From: a phage
Assembly: GCA_036252695.1 (NCBI GenBank)
Contig: GCA_036252695.1_4122.1
Length of the DNA stretch: 64,000 nt
Reading direction: 5' to 3' (one strand)
Under the pieces are notes generated by a model that saw nothing but the letters and a program-made list of their open reading frames with translations, was not told the origin of the DNA and did no database searches. Positions 8,501 to 18,558 of the stretch are shown here, piece by piece (within the stretch, counting starts at the first letter, position 1; every line of letters begins with the position of its first letter). Made by a program: the position numbers and the translations under genes.

Positions 8501-9631
8501 TTAATTATTTTTATAATTAATTTCCACATAGTTACGCTGTGATCCAGTATATCCAGGAACATTACCAGTATTACCATTACCTGCACCAAACAGACGTTCC
8601 CCAACTGCAAAATATGTCCCATAGAAACATCCATCGAAAACAGGAACATTATTATAATCAGATATGTATCTATCCATAGAATCCATTCTTGTGAATGTTG
8701 TCAGAGTTACATTCGTACCTATACCATATGCACCATAAGGGTTAGTACCAGCAACATAATACCCAGTGGGTGTACATATTATTGGTGTATTTGACCCTGC
8801 CCTTGTGTTGATAAAACGAAATGTACCTTCAGGTACTGGTGCTTCTTTACTGAATAATGTTGTAGCTACTACTGGGTAATCAATACCATAACTATTACCA
8901 CTCAACCACGTTTTACCATCACTATCTTTGAATAATGAAGTAACTTGTGAGTGTCCGAACAGATCCAAATTGGTTACGTTTGGAAATTTACTAATTTGTG
9001 TATATACCAGAAGTGTGGTTGCAGTAGAACTACCAAGTTGTCCACGACCATTATCACCCGCACTGTACATGTACCCATCGGTCTTTAATATTATACTAGC
9101 GTTTCCTAAAATATCAAAATCAACAACATCCGTTTGTGTTAATGTAGCTATAGGATAACGAAAATTCACTGCCTCACCAGTACCAAATTGACAATTGGTG
9201 TTTACCCCACATCCATATAAGTTGCCGTTTTGCATTAATATAAACAAACCTGTTGTCATTTTAATTTTCTTAATATTAAGAATATCTATATCTTGGAATA
9301 TGTGTGTTACATTTACAAATGTGGTTGAGTTAACAGCACTTGAACCATAATAAGAACCGTCCCCGCTGCCAAAGAATTCATCGCCTTTTCTGTACATTGC
9401 ACATAGACTACCACCCCATACATCATCAACTCCAGTGTCAATTTGAATAACTGAAGTAACACTAGTTGTTGCACCAGTGCCAAGTTCACCACCTGAATTG
9501 AATCCAAAACCATACAAATCTCCACTTTCGGTGAGCACCAAAACACTGTTATTGGTTGTACATGAAATCTTTTTGATATTATTAGATGGTCTTTTATTTC
9601 CGTACTTAACCATTCTTGCAAAAGGTAACAT
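8501..9631 (-). CDS. Fam-P beta-propeller paralog (RCC1-like), N-term MLPFARMVKYGN
   Basis: 376-aa ORF with conserved N-terminus; GGELGTG / NCQFGTG / GRGQLG motifs. Confidence 0.85.
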   Translation of the reverse strand: MLPFARMVKYGNKRPSNNIKKISCTTNNSVLVLTESGDLYGFGFNSGGELGTGATTSVTSVIQIDTGVDDVWGGSLCAMYRKGDEFFGSGDGSYYGSSAVNSTTFVNVTHIFQDIDILNIKKIKMTTGLFILMQNGNLYGCGVNTNCQFGTGEAVNFRYPIATLTQTDVVDFDILGNASIILKTDGYMYSAGDNGRGQLGSSTATTLLVYTQISKFPNVTNLDLFGHSQVTSLFKDSDGKTWLSGNSYGIDYPVVATTLFSKEAPVPEGTFRFINTRAGSNTPIICTPTGYYVAGTNPYGAYGIGTNVTLTTFTRMDSMDRYISDYNNVPVFDGCFYGTYFAVGERLFGAGNGNTGNVPGYTGSQRNYVEINYKNN

Positions 9632-9710
9632 ATTTTCCTCCTTTATTCATTATACTATATTTAATACAAAAAGAAATGCCAGCATCAAGTACTGGCATAG
9701 TTTTATAGTA
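9632..9710 (-). promoter_or_regulatory. Fam-P intergenic promoter/terminator module
   Basis: Same conserved sequence as 8424..8500 with variant hairpin atgccag..actggcat. Confidence 0.6.
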
Positions 9711-10820
9711 TCATTTCGGCATTGTAATTGCAGACCATGAGTTCGTGGTAATAGAACCTGGCACATACAAAAAAGAACCACAAGCATAAATTTGATTATT
9801 ACCATCAAATACTATACTAAAATGTGCACATGTGTATAATGCTGATTTTTCTGGGTTGTAATTATCTAAAGTTAGTGTATTGGTGAATCTACTCAAACTA
9901 CCACCAGAACCATTTCTACCAAATTCACCAGTACTATATATCTTTCCTTCGGTTGTTGCGTACATATTAACACGTGAAGTTGTACTTGATTTTGATATTT
10001 TATGTATCTTACTATCAATAGTAGTGGAGTTAAATGCAAATGGATATACTAGTGTGTTCGTTGTAATACCGTTACCAAGTTGACCAACATACTGCCAACC
10101 TGCGTTGTATATATTGCTGGCTGAATAAGCAAGAGTACCAGTACTGTTACCACCAAACAGTTTAACACTGGTTAACCTACTTACTAGTGTAGTATACTGT
10201 CCTGAACTTACGCCAAGTGAACCATACTCACTACTCCCACAACCGAGAAGTTCACCATTTGATGTTAATATTAATGTGTTATTCTGTGTACCCAATATAT
10301 CAAGGACTGTATTAGCTCCGGTATTAATAACTGAAACAAAAGTACTCTGAGCCGTGGAATACCCACCACCGAGTGAATAGTTACCATTCATGCCTCTACC
10401 ATAAACAATCGAACCACTAGCATCAACGTAGTGCATTGTATCTGCACCAATTGATATCATTTTAATATTAGATATATGTGGAAATGAAGAAGTAACATTC
10501 AAACCACCCAACGGAATCATAGTATTTCCTGTGCCTAATTGTGTGGTAACTCCATGCATTATGAATTCTTCACCCTTGATATAAAGAATATTGTACGCCC
10601 CAGCCCATGCATCAGTAACACCTTCTGAAATTAATATCCAAGTATTTCTTGTTGCTGTATTTGTAACGTTTAACTGAAAATACGAATTAACCCCACAACC
10701 ATAAAGTGAGCCATCGCCATAGAGGACGTACAAATTATCAAGACCGCACAGTACTTTCTTTATCTTTGGAGCTTCAGGTGCAATATTCCCGTAATCAAAC
10801 ATTCTAACAAATGGTAACAT
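9711..10820 (-). CDS. Fam-P beta-propeller paralog (RCC1-like), N-term MLPFVRMFDYGN
   Basis: 369-aa ORF; immediately downstream of 10830..11720 with SD in the 9-nt gap (bicistronic pair). Confidence 0.85.
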   Translation of the reverse strand: MLPFVRMFDYGNIAPEAPKIKKVLCGLDNLYVLYGDGSLYGCGVNSYFQLNVTNTATRNTWILISEGVTDAWAGAYNILYIKGEEFIMHGVTTQLGTGNTMIPLGGLNVTSSFPHISNIKMISIGADTMHYVDASGSIVYGRGMNGNYSLGGGYSTAQSTFVSVINTGANTVLDILGTQNNTLILTSNGELLGCGSSEYGSLGVSSGQYTTLVSRLTSVKLFGGNSTGTLAYSASNIYNAGWQYVGQLGNGITTNTLVYPFAFNSTTIDSKIHKISKSSTTSRVNMYATTEGKIYSTGEFGRNGSGGSLSRFTNTLTLDNYNPEKSALYTCAHFSIVFDGNNQIYACGSFLYVPGSITTNSWSAITMPK

Positions 10821-10829
10821 AATTTCTCC

Positions 10830-11720
10830 TTAATATGTCTTATGAACTGCATTGCCCTTTGCGTTAATAGTTCCACCAAAAAATGTATACACCGTAGATG
10901 TTTTACCATCACTAATCACTTCTATTCCTATCGCAAATGATACCGAAGGAACACTCACAGTACTGATCATAACCCATGAATTAGTGTTAGTATCATAATA
11001 TCCAACATTACCACCCCTGAATAAATAAATCCTTTCATTAAAATAACACAAATACGGATTGGATGATCCTGTCGTTGATACCGGCACTGAACCAGCGTAC
11101 TTAGTAAAGATTTCAGTACTTACATTGTATATGTATAAGTCATTACCATAAACAATACTAATAGAATTTGTTTTTTCATTATACGCAACACATCCACAAT
11201 ACATTACCCAAGAATAACCACTCGGCATAGTCTTCGTAAGTATTACTTTCGTATCTAAGTCAATTATATAAAATTTATTTACATTACCACCAAATACATA
11301 CATCTTAGACCCAACTAAACATGATGCAATATTGTATACACTGCTAACCGTACTAGAACCCCATGAGTACCTCGTTCCGTCGGTTCCATATACACTCATT
11401 AATTCACTCGGTCCAGAACCACCAAATATATACATCCTACCATTATAGTACTCCATTGTTCCTGCGTTGTGCGTGGAATCTATGGTAACTAGTGTACTAA
11501 AATCATTCAGTACTGGATTATACCTGTAAATCATTAAACCATCAATATTTCCATCAGTGGTAGTACCTCGTGTACAGTATATGTAAGTTTGATCTGTACA
11601 CGTCAACGGATAACGCATAGGTGATGGTATTGTGCCAGTAGGTTCTAATAGTTCATATATCCCACTAAATCCATTATTGATTGTATTCCCATAACTCAAC
11701 ATCCTTCCAAATGGTAACAT
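10830..11720 (-). CDS. Fam-P paralog with Kelch-like propeller body, N-term MLPFGRMLSYGN
   Basis: 296-aa ORF; hydrophobic-GG blades (MYIFGGSG, MYVFGGNV, TFFGGT) instead of RCC1 motifs. Confidence 0.8.
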   Translation of the reverse strand: MLPFGRMLSYGNTINNGFSGIYELLEPTGTIPSPMRYPLTCTDQTYIYCTRGTTTDGNIDGLMIYRYNPVLNDFSTLVTIDSTHNAGTMEYYNGRMYIFGGSGPSELMSVYGTDGTRYSWGSSTVSSVYNIASCLVGSKMYVFGGNVNKFYIIDLDTKVILTKTMPSGYSWVMYCGCVAYNEKTNSISIVYGNDLYIYNVSTEIFTKYAGSVPVSTTGSSNPYLCYFNERIYLFRGGNVGYYDTNTNSWVMISTVSVPSVSFAIGIEVISDGKTSTVYTFFGGTINAKGNAVHKTY

Positions 11721-11793
11721 CTCTCTCTCCTAAAAAGAATTATAATGTATTTAATCAAAAAAGCCCAGCACTTATTCAGTACTGAGCAGATTA

Positions 11794-12741
11794 TTATGTG
11801 AACTTATACATAACAGTGCTTCTATCGTTCGCACCACCACCACCAAAAAATGAATACGCTTCACGTTTTCCAGCAATATAACCGTACCATGTGTAGTAGG
11901 CAGAAGAAGTGTTAGTTCTTATACGTGTCCATGTCCCATTAGGTTCACGTTTAGTGACAAATGTACCCAAAATATAATATAATGTTCCATCGACAATTAT
12001 GAATCCTGCACCAGACGAAGTAATAGGAGAAAAAGATGGAATTACTTGCGTGAACGCATTTGTTGACGGATCATAATTATACATTGTACTACCTATTACT
12101 AGATATACTAACCCTTCATAAAAAATAACACTAGGGGATTCAACGTTTAGTGTTGGGGTAGTTATTCCAGATCTAACAGTTCTCCATACTTTGGTAATAT
12201 AATTATATGCAACAATAACTTCCTTTACACTACTAGACTGACCACCAAAATAAAAAATTTCATTCCCAATACATACTCCTGCATGGTTATACCTCGCAGG
12301 TGGTCTTCCACTATCATTTGAAATAATTTCTATTGAATTAGTACCAACCTTGTGACGAAAGAATTGAGAAGATGCGTTATTGCTTGAGTTCGCCCCACCA
12401 AAACCATATATATATCCATCAGGTGTATAAACCAATGGGGTAGATCTTAAATTTCTCAAATTACTAGAAGGAATCTGATAAAACGTATTATCTGACGCAT
12501 TATAATAAAAGAAATCATTTAAGTAAGTAGATCCAGTTCCAGTTATACCTCCTCCAGTTCCAGTTATACCTCCATAAAAATATACATATGGAAACTCTTC
12601 TACATTTGTTGAACATGATGACGTATAATTCCTTCCGGGTGGATTATACCCTGTACTATTGAATGTTATCTGTTCTGATATTCCCAAAAATACGCTAGGA
12701 GCAATATTTCCATACTCCAACATCCTTACAAATGGTAACAT
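11794..12741 (-). CDS. Fam-P paralog with Kelch-like propeller body, N-term MLPFVRMLEYGN
   Basis: 315-aa ORF; YFYGG / YGFGG / FYFGG / SFFGG repeats. Confidence 0.8.
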   Translation of the reverse strand: MLPFVRMLEYGNIAPSVFLGISEQITFNSTGYNPPGRNYTSSCSTNVEEFPYVYFYGGITGTGGGITGTGSTYLNDFFYYNASDNTFYQIPSSNLRNLRSTPLVYTPDGYIYGFGGANSSNNASSQFFRHKVGTNSIEIISNDSGRPPARYNHAGVCIGNEIFYFGGQSSSVKEVIVAYNYITKVWRTVRSGITTPTLNVESPSVIFYEGLVYLVIGSTMYNYDPSTNAFTQVIPSFSPITSSGAGFIIVDGTLYYILGTFVTKREPNGTWTRIRTNTSSAYYTWYGYIAGKREAYSFFGGGGANDRSTVMYKFT

Positions 12742-12751
12742 ATCTCTCTCC

Positions 12752-13939
12752 TTAATACCACGGCATATTTGCCATTAATTTTAATGTACTGGTAACATAT
12801 GATCCATCAGGTAATGATTGACCATTTGAATTATATCCACCACATGCATATAATTTATAATCTTTTGTTAATATCATTGATGATCTAATATCTTTGGATA
12901 TTGTCAATACATCATCATATGTACCAATAATACTAATATTCATATCTATCCATGATCGTTCGAACGGTGTTATTGTACCCAACCCTAGTTGACCAAGATC
13001 ATTTATTCCACCATTTCTAATTCGTGATGAATATGAAGCAATTGGTGCTCCCACATAGCCCGTTGATAAACTACTAGGAGATTTCAATGTCGGGAGATCA
13101 ATTGTACCAGAAAGTACAGTATTCTTAACAGCTAACAACGTATACCCACTAGTAACACTATTATTACCAGCCTGACCCATATTATTCAGACCACACCAAT
13201 ATATATCACCATTTTCAAAAAACCACCAAGTCGTATTGTAATTAGTACTAATGTGTTTTACGTTACGTGCAGTTAATGTATGTGCAGCTACAATAGAATC
13301 ATTAGCAGTTCCAGTACCACTAGTACCATTTGTATTTTCTCCAACAAAATATGATTCGTTTCTGGAGTTAATATAATGCGTACCATATGTCGAACAATAC
13401 ATACTCTTTACATCAGTACCAAATTGTGGTACAAATTGTAAAGTATTAATTGCTCCAGTAACACCCGTACCACATTCAGCATAAGCATTGTTACCACAAC
13501 ACATAACTCGACCATCATTTAATAATACTCTAGTACTCGCACCTATATATACACTCTTAATATCATCACCAACTACACCTAAAGCGTCAAAGTACTCAGT
13601 TACATCTTTCCACCCATCGGTGTTAGATGCGGTAGTCGCTTGTGGGAACGCAATTCTACTACCACAGTAGTATATTTTGTTCGAAAGACTTACCATCAAT
13701 GTACCAAACACACCAGTCCAATATTTTTTACAATCAGTACTCAGTACCATAAATTCAGTAGGTACAATTAATAAACTAAGCTGTTTGTTACTGTTTAATC
13801 CGTACCCATATAATGTATTAGTGGGTTTATGCAAATATAGTGTATTGTAATATTGTTGCTGTAAAACTTCATCAAACTCTTCAGGTTCAGGTACAGGCTT
13901 AATATTCCCATAATCAAACATTCTTCCGAAAGGTAACAT
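12752..13939 (-). CDS. Fam-P beta-propeller paralog (RCC1-like), N-term MLPFGRMFDYGN
   Basis: 395-aa ORF; 10-nt coupled gap to downstream 11794..12741; RCC1-like motifs. Confidence 0.85.
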   Translation of the reverse strand: MLPFGRMFDYGNIKPVPEPEEFDEVLQQQYYNTLYLHKPTNTLYGYGLNSNKQLSLLIVPTEFMVLSTDCKKYWTGVFGTLMVSLSNKIYYCGSRIAFPQATTASNTDGWKDVTEYFDALGVVGDDIKSVYIGASTRVLLNDGRVMCCGNNAYAECGTGVTGAINTLQFVPQFGTDVKSMYCSTYGTHYINSRNESYFVGENTNGTSGTGTANDSIVAAHTLTARNVKHISTNYNTTWWFFENGDIYWCGLNNMGQAGNNSVTSGYTLLAVKNTVLSGTIDLPTLKSPSSLSTGYVGAPIASYSSRIRNGGINDLGQLGLGTITPFERSWIDMNISIIGTYDDVLTISKDIRSSMILTKDYKLYACGGYNSNGQSLPDGSYVTSTLKLMANMPWY

Positions 13940-14023
13940 AATTTTACTCCCCTTTATTCATTATACTATATTTAATATAAATAAGAAAAGCCAGTACAGA
14001 GTACATGCATTGTATTTCACATT

Positions 14024-15199
14024 TTATTCTGGTAAAATCATTTTCTTCATTTTAACTTGTTGTGTACCTGGACTCTGTTCCTGAAACATAGACCCGTTAC
14101 CACACCAGTACACCTCATTAGTCCCCACTAACGCGTATAACACACCAGAACCACCTTGAACTGAAAATGCATTAACATCTGGTGCAACATCCATATCCTC
14201 ATATTGTACCTGGTGGTAATAAGATCTTTCTGATGCAGTAGTAACAGGCCAACCAAGAGGAACACCACTACCACATGTATAAAGTTTACCATTCTGTGTC
14301 ATTGCCATTATAAAATAATTCAAACTGTGATTGTTCATCGACCCAGCATCTGGTATAATACCACTAATTGCGGGAGTGGCACTAAATGGACTCATGATAA
14401 TAGTAGTGTCGCCATACCCTATTCCTAAACAATAATCAGTGTTTTTTCCAGCCGTATATACATTAATATTATTTCTATTAGATGTAAGTACTGAAGTCGT
14501 TAATGTAGTACATGAAATACCAATAACTGTTCCCGATATATCAGTACTTACCGTAAATGTCGAAAGTTTAGAAGAACCTGACCCTAAGTTGTAACTTGCG
14601 TTATTCCCACATCTGTAGTATTGATTATTTTTAACATAATGGAAAGCATCCCCAGCCGTTGTTCCCGCAATTATAGTAACCCCAGTAGCAATCTGAATTG
14701 GCGTTGTTTTTCTACCAGTAACACCCAATGCACCTCCTGTATTACGCCCAATCCCATATAAGTCCCCATTACTTAACAAAATCAATAACGCACCATTTGA
14801 TACAGTAGTTTCAGTAGCAGCTATATCTACTACTGTAGTAAGTGCTGGTATTGTAGACAATAAAGATGTGATATTAGTCCATCCAGGAACTGGTGATGCA
14901 GATACACCGACATAACCCATTTGACCAGCTAAGTAAAATTCTCCGTCAGTCGTAAGTATAATTGTTGCTGCAAAGAAGCACCAAACATTAGAAACTTTAT
15001 ATGGACACTGTACCCACCCATTTTGCACATACGCAGTGCTATTATTTCCTAGCATATAGTTTGCACCATTTCCACGTAGATATAAGTTACCACTATCAAA
15101 TAACATACCCATATGTGATGGAGATGTACTTATCTTCATAACACCTGAAGGTGCTGGAACTCTGTTTCCGTACTTAACCATTCTTGCAAAAGGTAACAT
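14024..15199 (-). CDS. Fam-P beta-propeller paralog, N-term MLPFARMVKYGN
   Basis: Start at conserved MLPF Met (track ORF starts 6 codons earlier inside SD region). Confidence 0.85.
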   Translation of the reverse strand: MLPFARMVKYGNRVPAPSGVMKISTSPSHMGMLFDSGNLYLRGNGANYMLGNNSTAYVQNGWVQCPYKVSNVWCFFAATIILTTDGEFYLAGQMGYVGVSASPVPGWTNITSLLSTIPALTTVVDIAATETTVSNGALLILLSNGDLYGIGRNTGGALGVTGRKTTPIQIATGVTIIAGTTAGDAFHYVKNNQYYRCGNNASYNLGSGSSKLSTFTVSTDISGTVIGISCTTLTTSVLTSNRNNINVYTAGKNTDYCLGIGYGDTTIIMSPFSATPAISGIIPDAGSMNNHSLNYFIMAMTQNGKLYTCGSGVPLGWPVTTASERSYYHQVQYEDMDVAPDVNAFSVQGGSGVLYALVGTNEVYWCGNGSMFQEQSPGTQQVKMKKMILPE

Positions 15200-15270
15200 A
15201 TTTCCTCCTTTATTCATTATACTATATTTAATACAAAAAGAAAAGCCAGTATCAAGTACTGGCCTATATT

Positions 15271-16008
15271 TTAGACTGAATTGTTAGGATAATATCTCCC
15301 ACGTCCCCATATTATTCGCACAGCTCCACCACCAGCCGCCGTATAAGAAGAATTATCCCATATACTACCACCACCACCATACCTCTTACCAGCACCACCA
15401 CTACCAGCACCACCATTATATGAACCATCGTAGCTACCACCAATACCATTAGCACCTTGAACAATGATACCAGTACCACCACCCGTACCAATGAACGAGG
15501 TATTATAGAATGCACCACCACCACCGCCGCCGCCAGCACCATTTTCACCAGTGATTGCATTTCCGTTACCACCTTTACCAGTGTAGCCACCAGCACCACC
15601 ACCAATGACTGCACCACCACTTAAACCAGTGTTGCCACCATTACCACCACCATCATTAATAGCGTTAGCAGCTTTTCCACCTAGTCCACCAACCGTATAT
15701 GCACCAGTGAAGCTAACACATAGTTTTTCAGTTCCACGATATAAACCGTTTTCAACTGCTGTAGTAGTGTTGGGATGTGTAAGAGAAACACTTAAGTACT
15801 CACCACCAGAAACCGGAATATTATTACGCCACGATAAGCCGCCGCCAGCACCACGTTGACCACCCGGCGAAATAACACATACTGATATTTCGGTAACGCC
15901 AGCAGGAACTGTAAATTGTGTTGTTCCTATTGTCGTGATTAATTGTTCACCATGTGGCTTATATTCAATTTTATTCCCGTACTTAACCATTCTTGCAAAA
16001 GGTAACAT
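15271..16008 (-). CDS. Fam-P paralog with Gly-rich body, N-term MLPFARMVKYGN
   Basis: 245-aa ORF; same N-terminal tag and promoter module but body is low-complexity Gly-rich (GGGNGGNTG..GAGGGGGGG). Confidence 0.8.
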   Translation of the reverse strand: MLPFARMVKYGNKIEYKPHGEQLITTIGTTQFTVPAGVTEISVCVISPGGQRGAGGGLSWRNNIPVSGGEYLSVSLTHPNTTTAVENGLYRGTEKLCVSFTGAYTVGGLGGKAANAINDGGGNGGNTGLSGGAVIGGGAGGYTGKGGNGNAITGENGAGGGGGGGAFYNTSFIGTGGGTGIIVQGANGIGGSYDGSYNGGAGSGGAGKRYGGGGSIWDNSSYTAAGGGAVRIIWGRGRYYPNNSV

Positions 16009-16079
16009 AATTCCCTCCTTTATTCATTATACTATATTTAACCAAAAAGAAAAGCCAGTACTCTGTACTGGCTTTTACA

Positions 16080-17270
16080 TTACAATTGTCTAGGTGTATC
16101 CAGTACATATCTATTTGTACTAGGACCACCATCATCATACGTTCCGGTTGAATATATATTTTTCATATCCGCAGTTAGGAAAGTACGCAACGAACCGCGA
16201 TATATTTTTATTTTATCATACATAGAATATGTTATTTCTGACGGCAATGGACATGCAGTAAATTTACCAATGGTAGCATCATAACCAACACCCAATGTGC
16301 CAGCATAACTACTCGCATTTAAACCAGTTGCATATACACCTGCACTCGTAACTAGTATACTAGATTGTGCTGGGTATCCAGTATGAATTGAATACAAAGT
16401 ACCGGGTGGTAATGTAGCACTATTATTTCCTAAAACTCCATTAACAGTGCTAGATGTAGTTTTATTTCCCCATGCTCCATTATTAGCTAATCCACCAACT
16501 AGAAACTGACGTGCTCCTGTACTTGGATTCTCTACTAAAGCACTGACAGCACCAAATGAACAAACAGTATATTGTAATGTTTTTGTATATGTGGTACTTG
16601 GCTGATATAAAGTATATTCATTAAATGGTGTCCATGTGGTACTAGTACTTATGCCAGATGTACTACCACCAATATATAAATTATTTTGTTTATCAAACAA
16701 CATTACACAGTTATATGTTGACATTATTTGTGCAATATCAACATCTGGTGTTACCGCTTTAACAAATGAACCATCTGATATTTGATAAGTAGTTCCTGTA
16801 CCATCTGCGAATTGTCTAGCACTATTCCACCCTGTACTCCATATTGTATTATTATCCATTAAGAAAGTAAACCACGTAGTACCTGCATACATCTGTTTAA
16901 TTGAAGTACTTGAACTTTGTGTGTACAAATTTTCAATATATTGGTTATAACTTAAAAACGTAGTAGTACTAGTTGGTAAACCAATATGACTACCATATCC
17001 ACAATAAAAATAATTTAAGTCATTATCTTGTACTAACAAAGTTCCTTGTGTCATCCAGCAATCTTTGACATTTTCTCTAATTAATGTCCACGACCTTACT
17101 GCATTATTATTTCCTCTACCAAACTTCCCATAACTATTACTGCCTCGTGCGTATAGTTGACCGTCGGTATAAAGTACAACAACCTCAGTATCAGTTGGTA
17201 TTATTTTCTTAATTTGAAGAGGTTCAGGTGTGATATTCCCATAATCAAACATTCTAACAAAAGGTAACAT
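16080..17270 (-). CDS. Fam-P beta-propeller paralog, N-term MLPFVRMFDYGN
   Basis: 396-aa ORF with conserved start module. Confidence 0.85.
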   Translation of the reverse strand: MLPFVRMFDYGNITPEPLQIKKIIPTDTEVVVLYTDGQLYARGSNSYGKFGRGNNNAVRSWTLIRENVKDCWMTQGTLLVQDNDLNYFYCGYGSHIGLPTSTTTFLSYNQYIENLYTQSSSTSIKQMYAGTTWFTFLMDNNTIWSTGWNSARQFADGTGTTYQISDGSFVKAVTPDVDIAQIMSTYNCVMLFDKQNNLYIGGSTSGISTSTTWTPFNEYTLYQPSTTYTKTLQYTVCSFGAVSALVENPSTGARQFLVGGLANNGAWGNKTTSSTVNGVLGNNSATLPPGTLYSIHTGYPAQSSILVTSAGVYATGLNASSYAGTLGVGYDATIGKFTACPLPSEITYSMYDKIKIYRGSLRTFLTADMKNIYSTGTYDDGGPSTNRYVLDTPRQL

Positions 17271-17341
17271 AATTCCCTCCTTTATTCATTATACTATATT
17301 TAATACAAAAAGAAAAGCCAGTACAGAGTACTGGCGTAATG

Positions 17342-18484
17342 TCAATAAGTATCCCAAGGTAATGGTGTCTTCCTAAATCCATACCTGGTTGTGCTCGCAC
17401 CATCACCAGCAATGTATCTACCTATACCACATTGGTATAACTCAGTACTACTACATATAGCACCACCTATAGTACCACTACTCCACTGAATTATATTAGA
17501 ATATGTTATTGGTAAATCACTACATTTAGTATATACAGCAACGGTAGAAGCACCACTAATACCACCAAACATACTTCGGTTAGCACCAGTGTAATATATA
17601 CCATCTGGACTCATAAATGCAGAGGTGTAAGTTGTACTGCAATCCACTGGACTTCTTATTGTATTAAGATCGCCTGGGTATGTCCTGACACCAAAGGTGT
17701 ATACATTACCATCAGTTGTAATACCATTACCTAACTGCCCACTGCTTTGTCCACCACATGTAAGCAACAATGCAGAACCAGAAACAATTGCAGTAGCATT
17801 ATACGAAGTACCCATTGCAATAGAAGCACCAGACAATAGTTTTGGAGTAACAATAGCTGTTGTATTACCCTGGCCTAATTCACCATTGATATTTCGTCCC
17901 CATGCGTATATAGAAGTCGTATCCAATCGACATAGTACTGAACCATAACTAAACGTATATCGCATGTCAATTACCGCATTAGGCAAATTAACCTTAGTTG
18001 CAACACTAATAACACCACCAGTAACACCACTGTTTGCGTTCATGTTACGACCATATGCATATAAAGAACCATCTGAAGTTTTAATATGCATCATACCATC
18101 TGTACAATATAATGCATCGATGCTATCCACTGCAACCGGACCCATACTGGCAGTTATATCGGTCCACCCAAGAGTAGTAGTACTAGAAATTAAGTTATTT
18201 CCTGCGTATAGTATTCTATTATTATTAGTAACTACCACTGTATATCTAGCAGTAACTCCAATTAATCGAACATCAGTATATATCTTAGACCACGCACCTA
18301 GTGAATTGGTATTTGCATCCAAAAAACCCAACTGACCATCTGTATTGTATCCAATCCCCCATACATCACCTGCACTGTCCAATAATACTTCATGTGAAAA
18401 GCCGATCTTAAAATCTTTTATTGTAGGAACTACAGGAACTGGTGCAATATTCCCGTACTTAACCATTCTTGCAAAAGGTAACAT
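17342..18484 (-). CDS. Fam-P beta-propeller paralog (RCC1-like), N-term MLPFARMVKYGN
   Basis: 380-aa ORF; NTDGQLG / NGELGQG / SGQLGNG motifs. Confidence 0.85.
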   Translation of the reverse strand: MLPFARMVKYGNIAPVPVVPTIKDFKIGFSHEVLLDSAGDVWGIGYNTDGQLGFLDANTNSLGAWSKIYTDVRLIGVTARYTVVVTNNNRILYAGNNLISSTTTLGWTDITASMGPVAVDSIDALYCTDGMMHIKTSDGSLYAYGRNMNANSGVTGGVISVATKVNLPNAVIDMRYTFSYGSVLCRLDTTSIYAWGRNINGELGQGNTTAIVTPKLLSGASIAMGTSYNATAIVSGSALLLTCGGQSSGQLGNGITTDGNVYTFGVRTYPGDLNTIRSPVDCSTTYTSAFMSPDGIYYTGANRSMFGGISGASTVAVYTKCSDLPITYSNIIQWSSGTIGGAICSSTELYQCGIGRYIAGDGASTTRYGFRKTPLPWDTY

Positions 18485-18558
18485 AATTCCCTCCTTTATT
18501 CATTATACTATATTTAATACAAATAAGAAAGCCAGTACACAGTACTGGCTTTTTAATT

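Noticed and set aside
15271-16008. Calling the Gly-rich Fam-P member a collagen-like or PE-PGRS-like protein
   Set aside because: No regular Gly-X-Y triplet periodicity; only low-complexity Gly richness is supportable.
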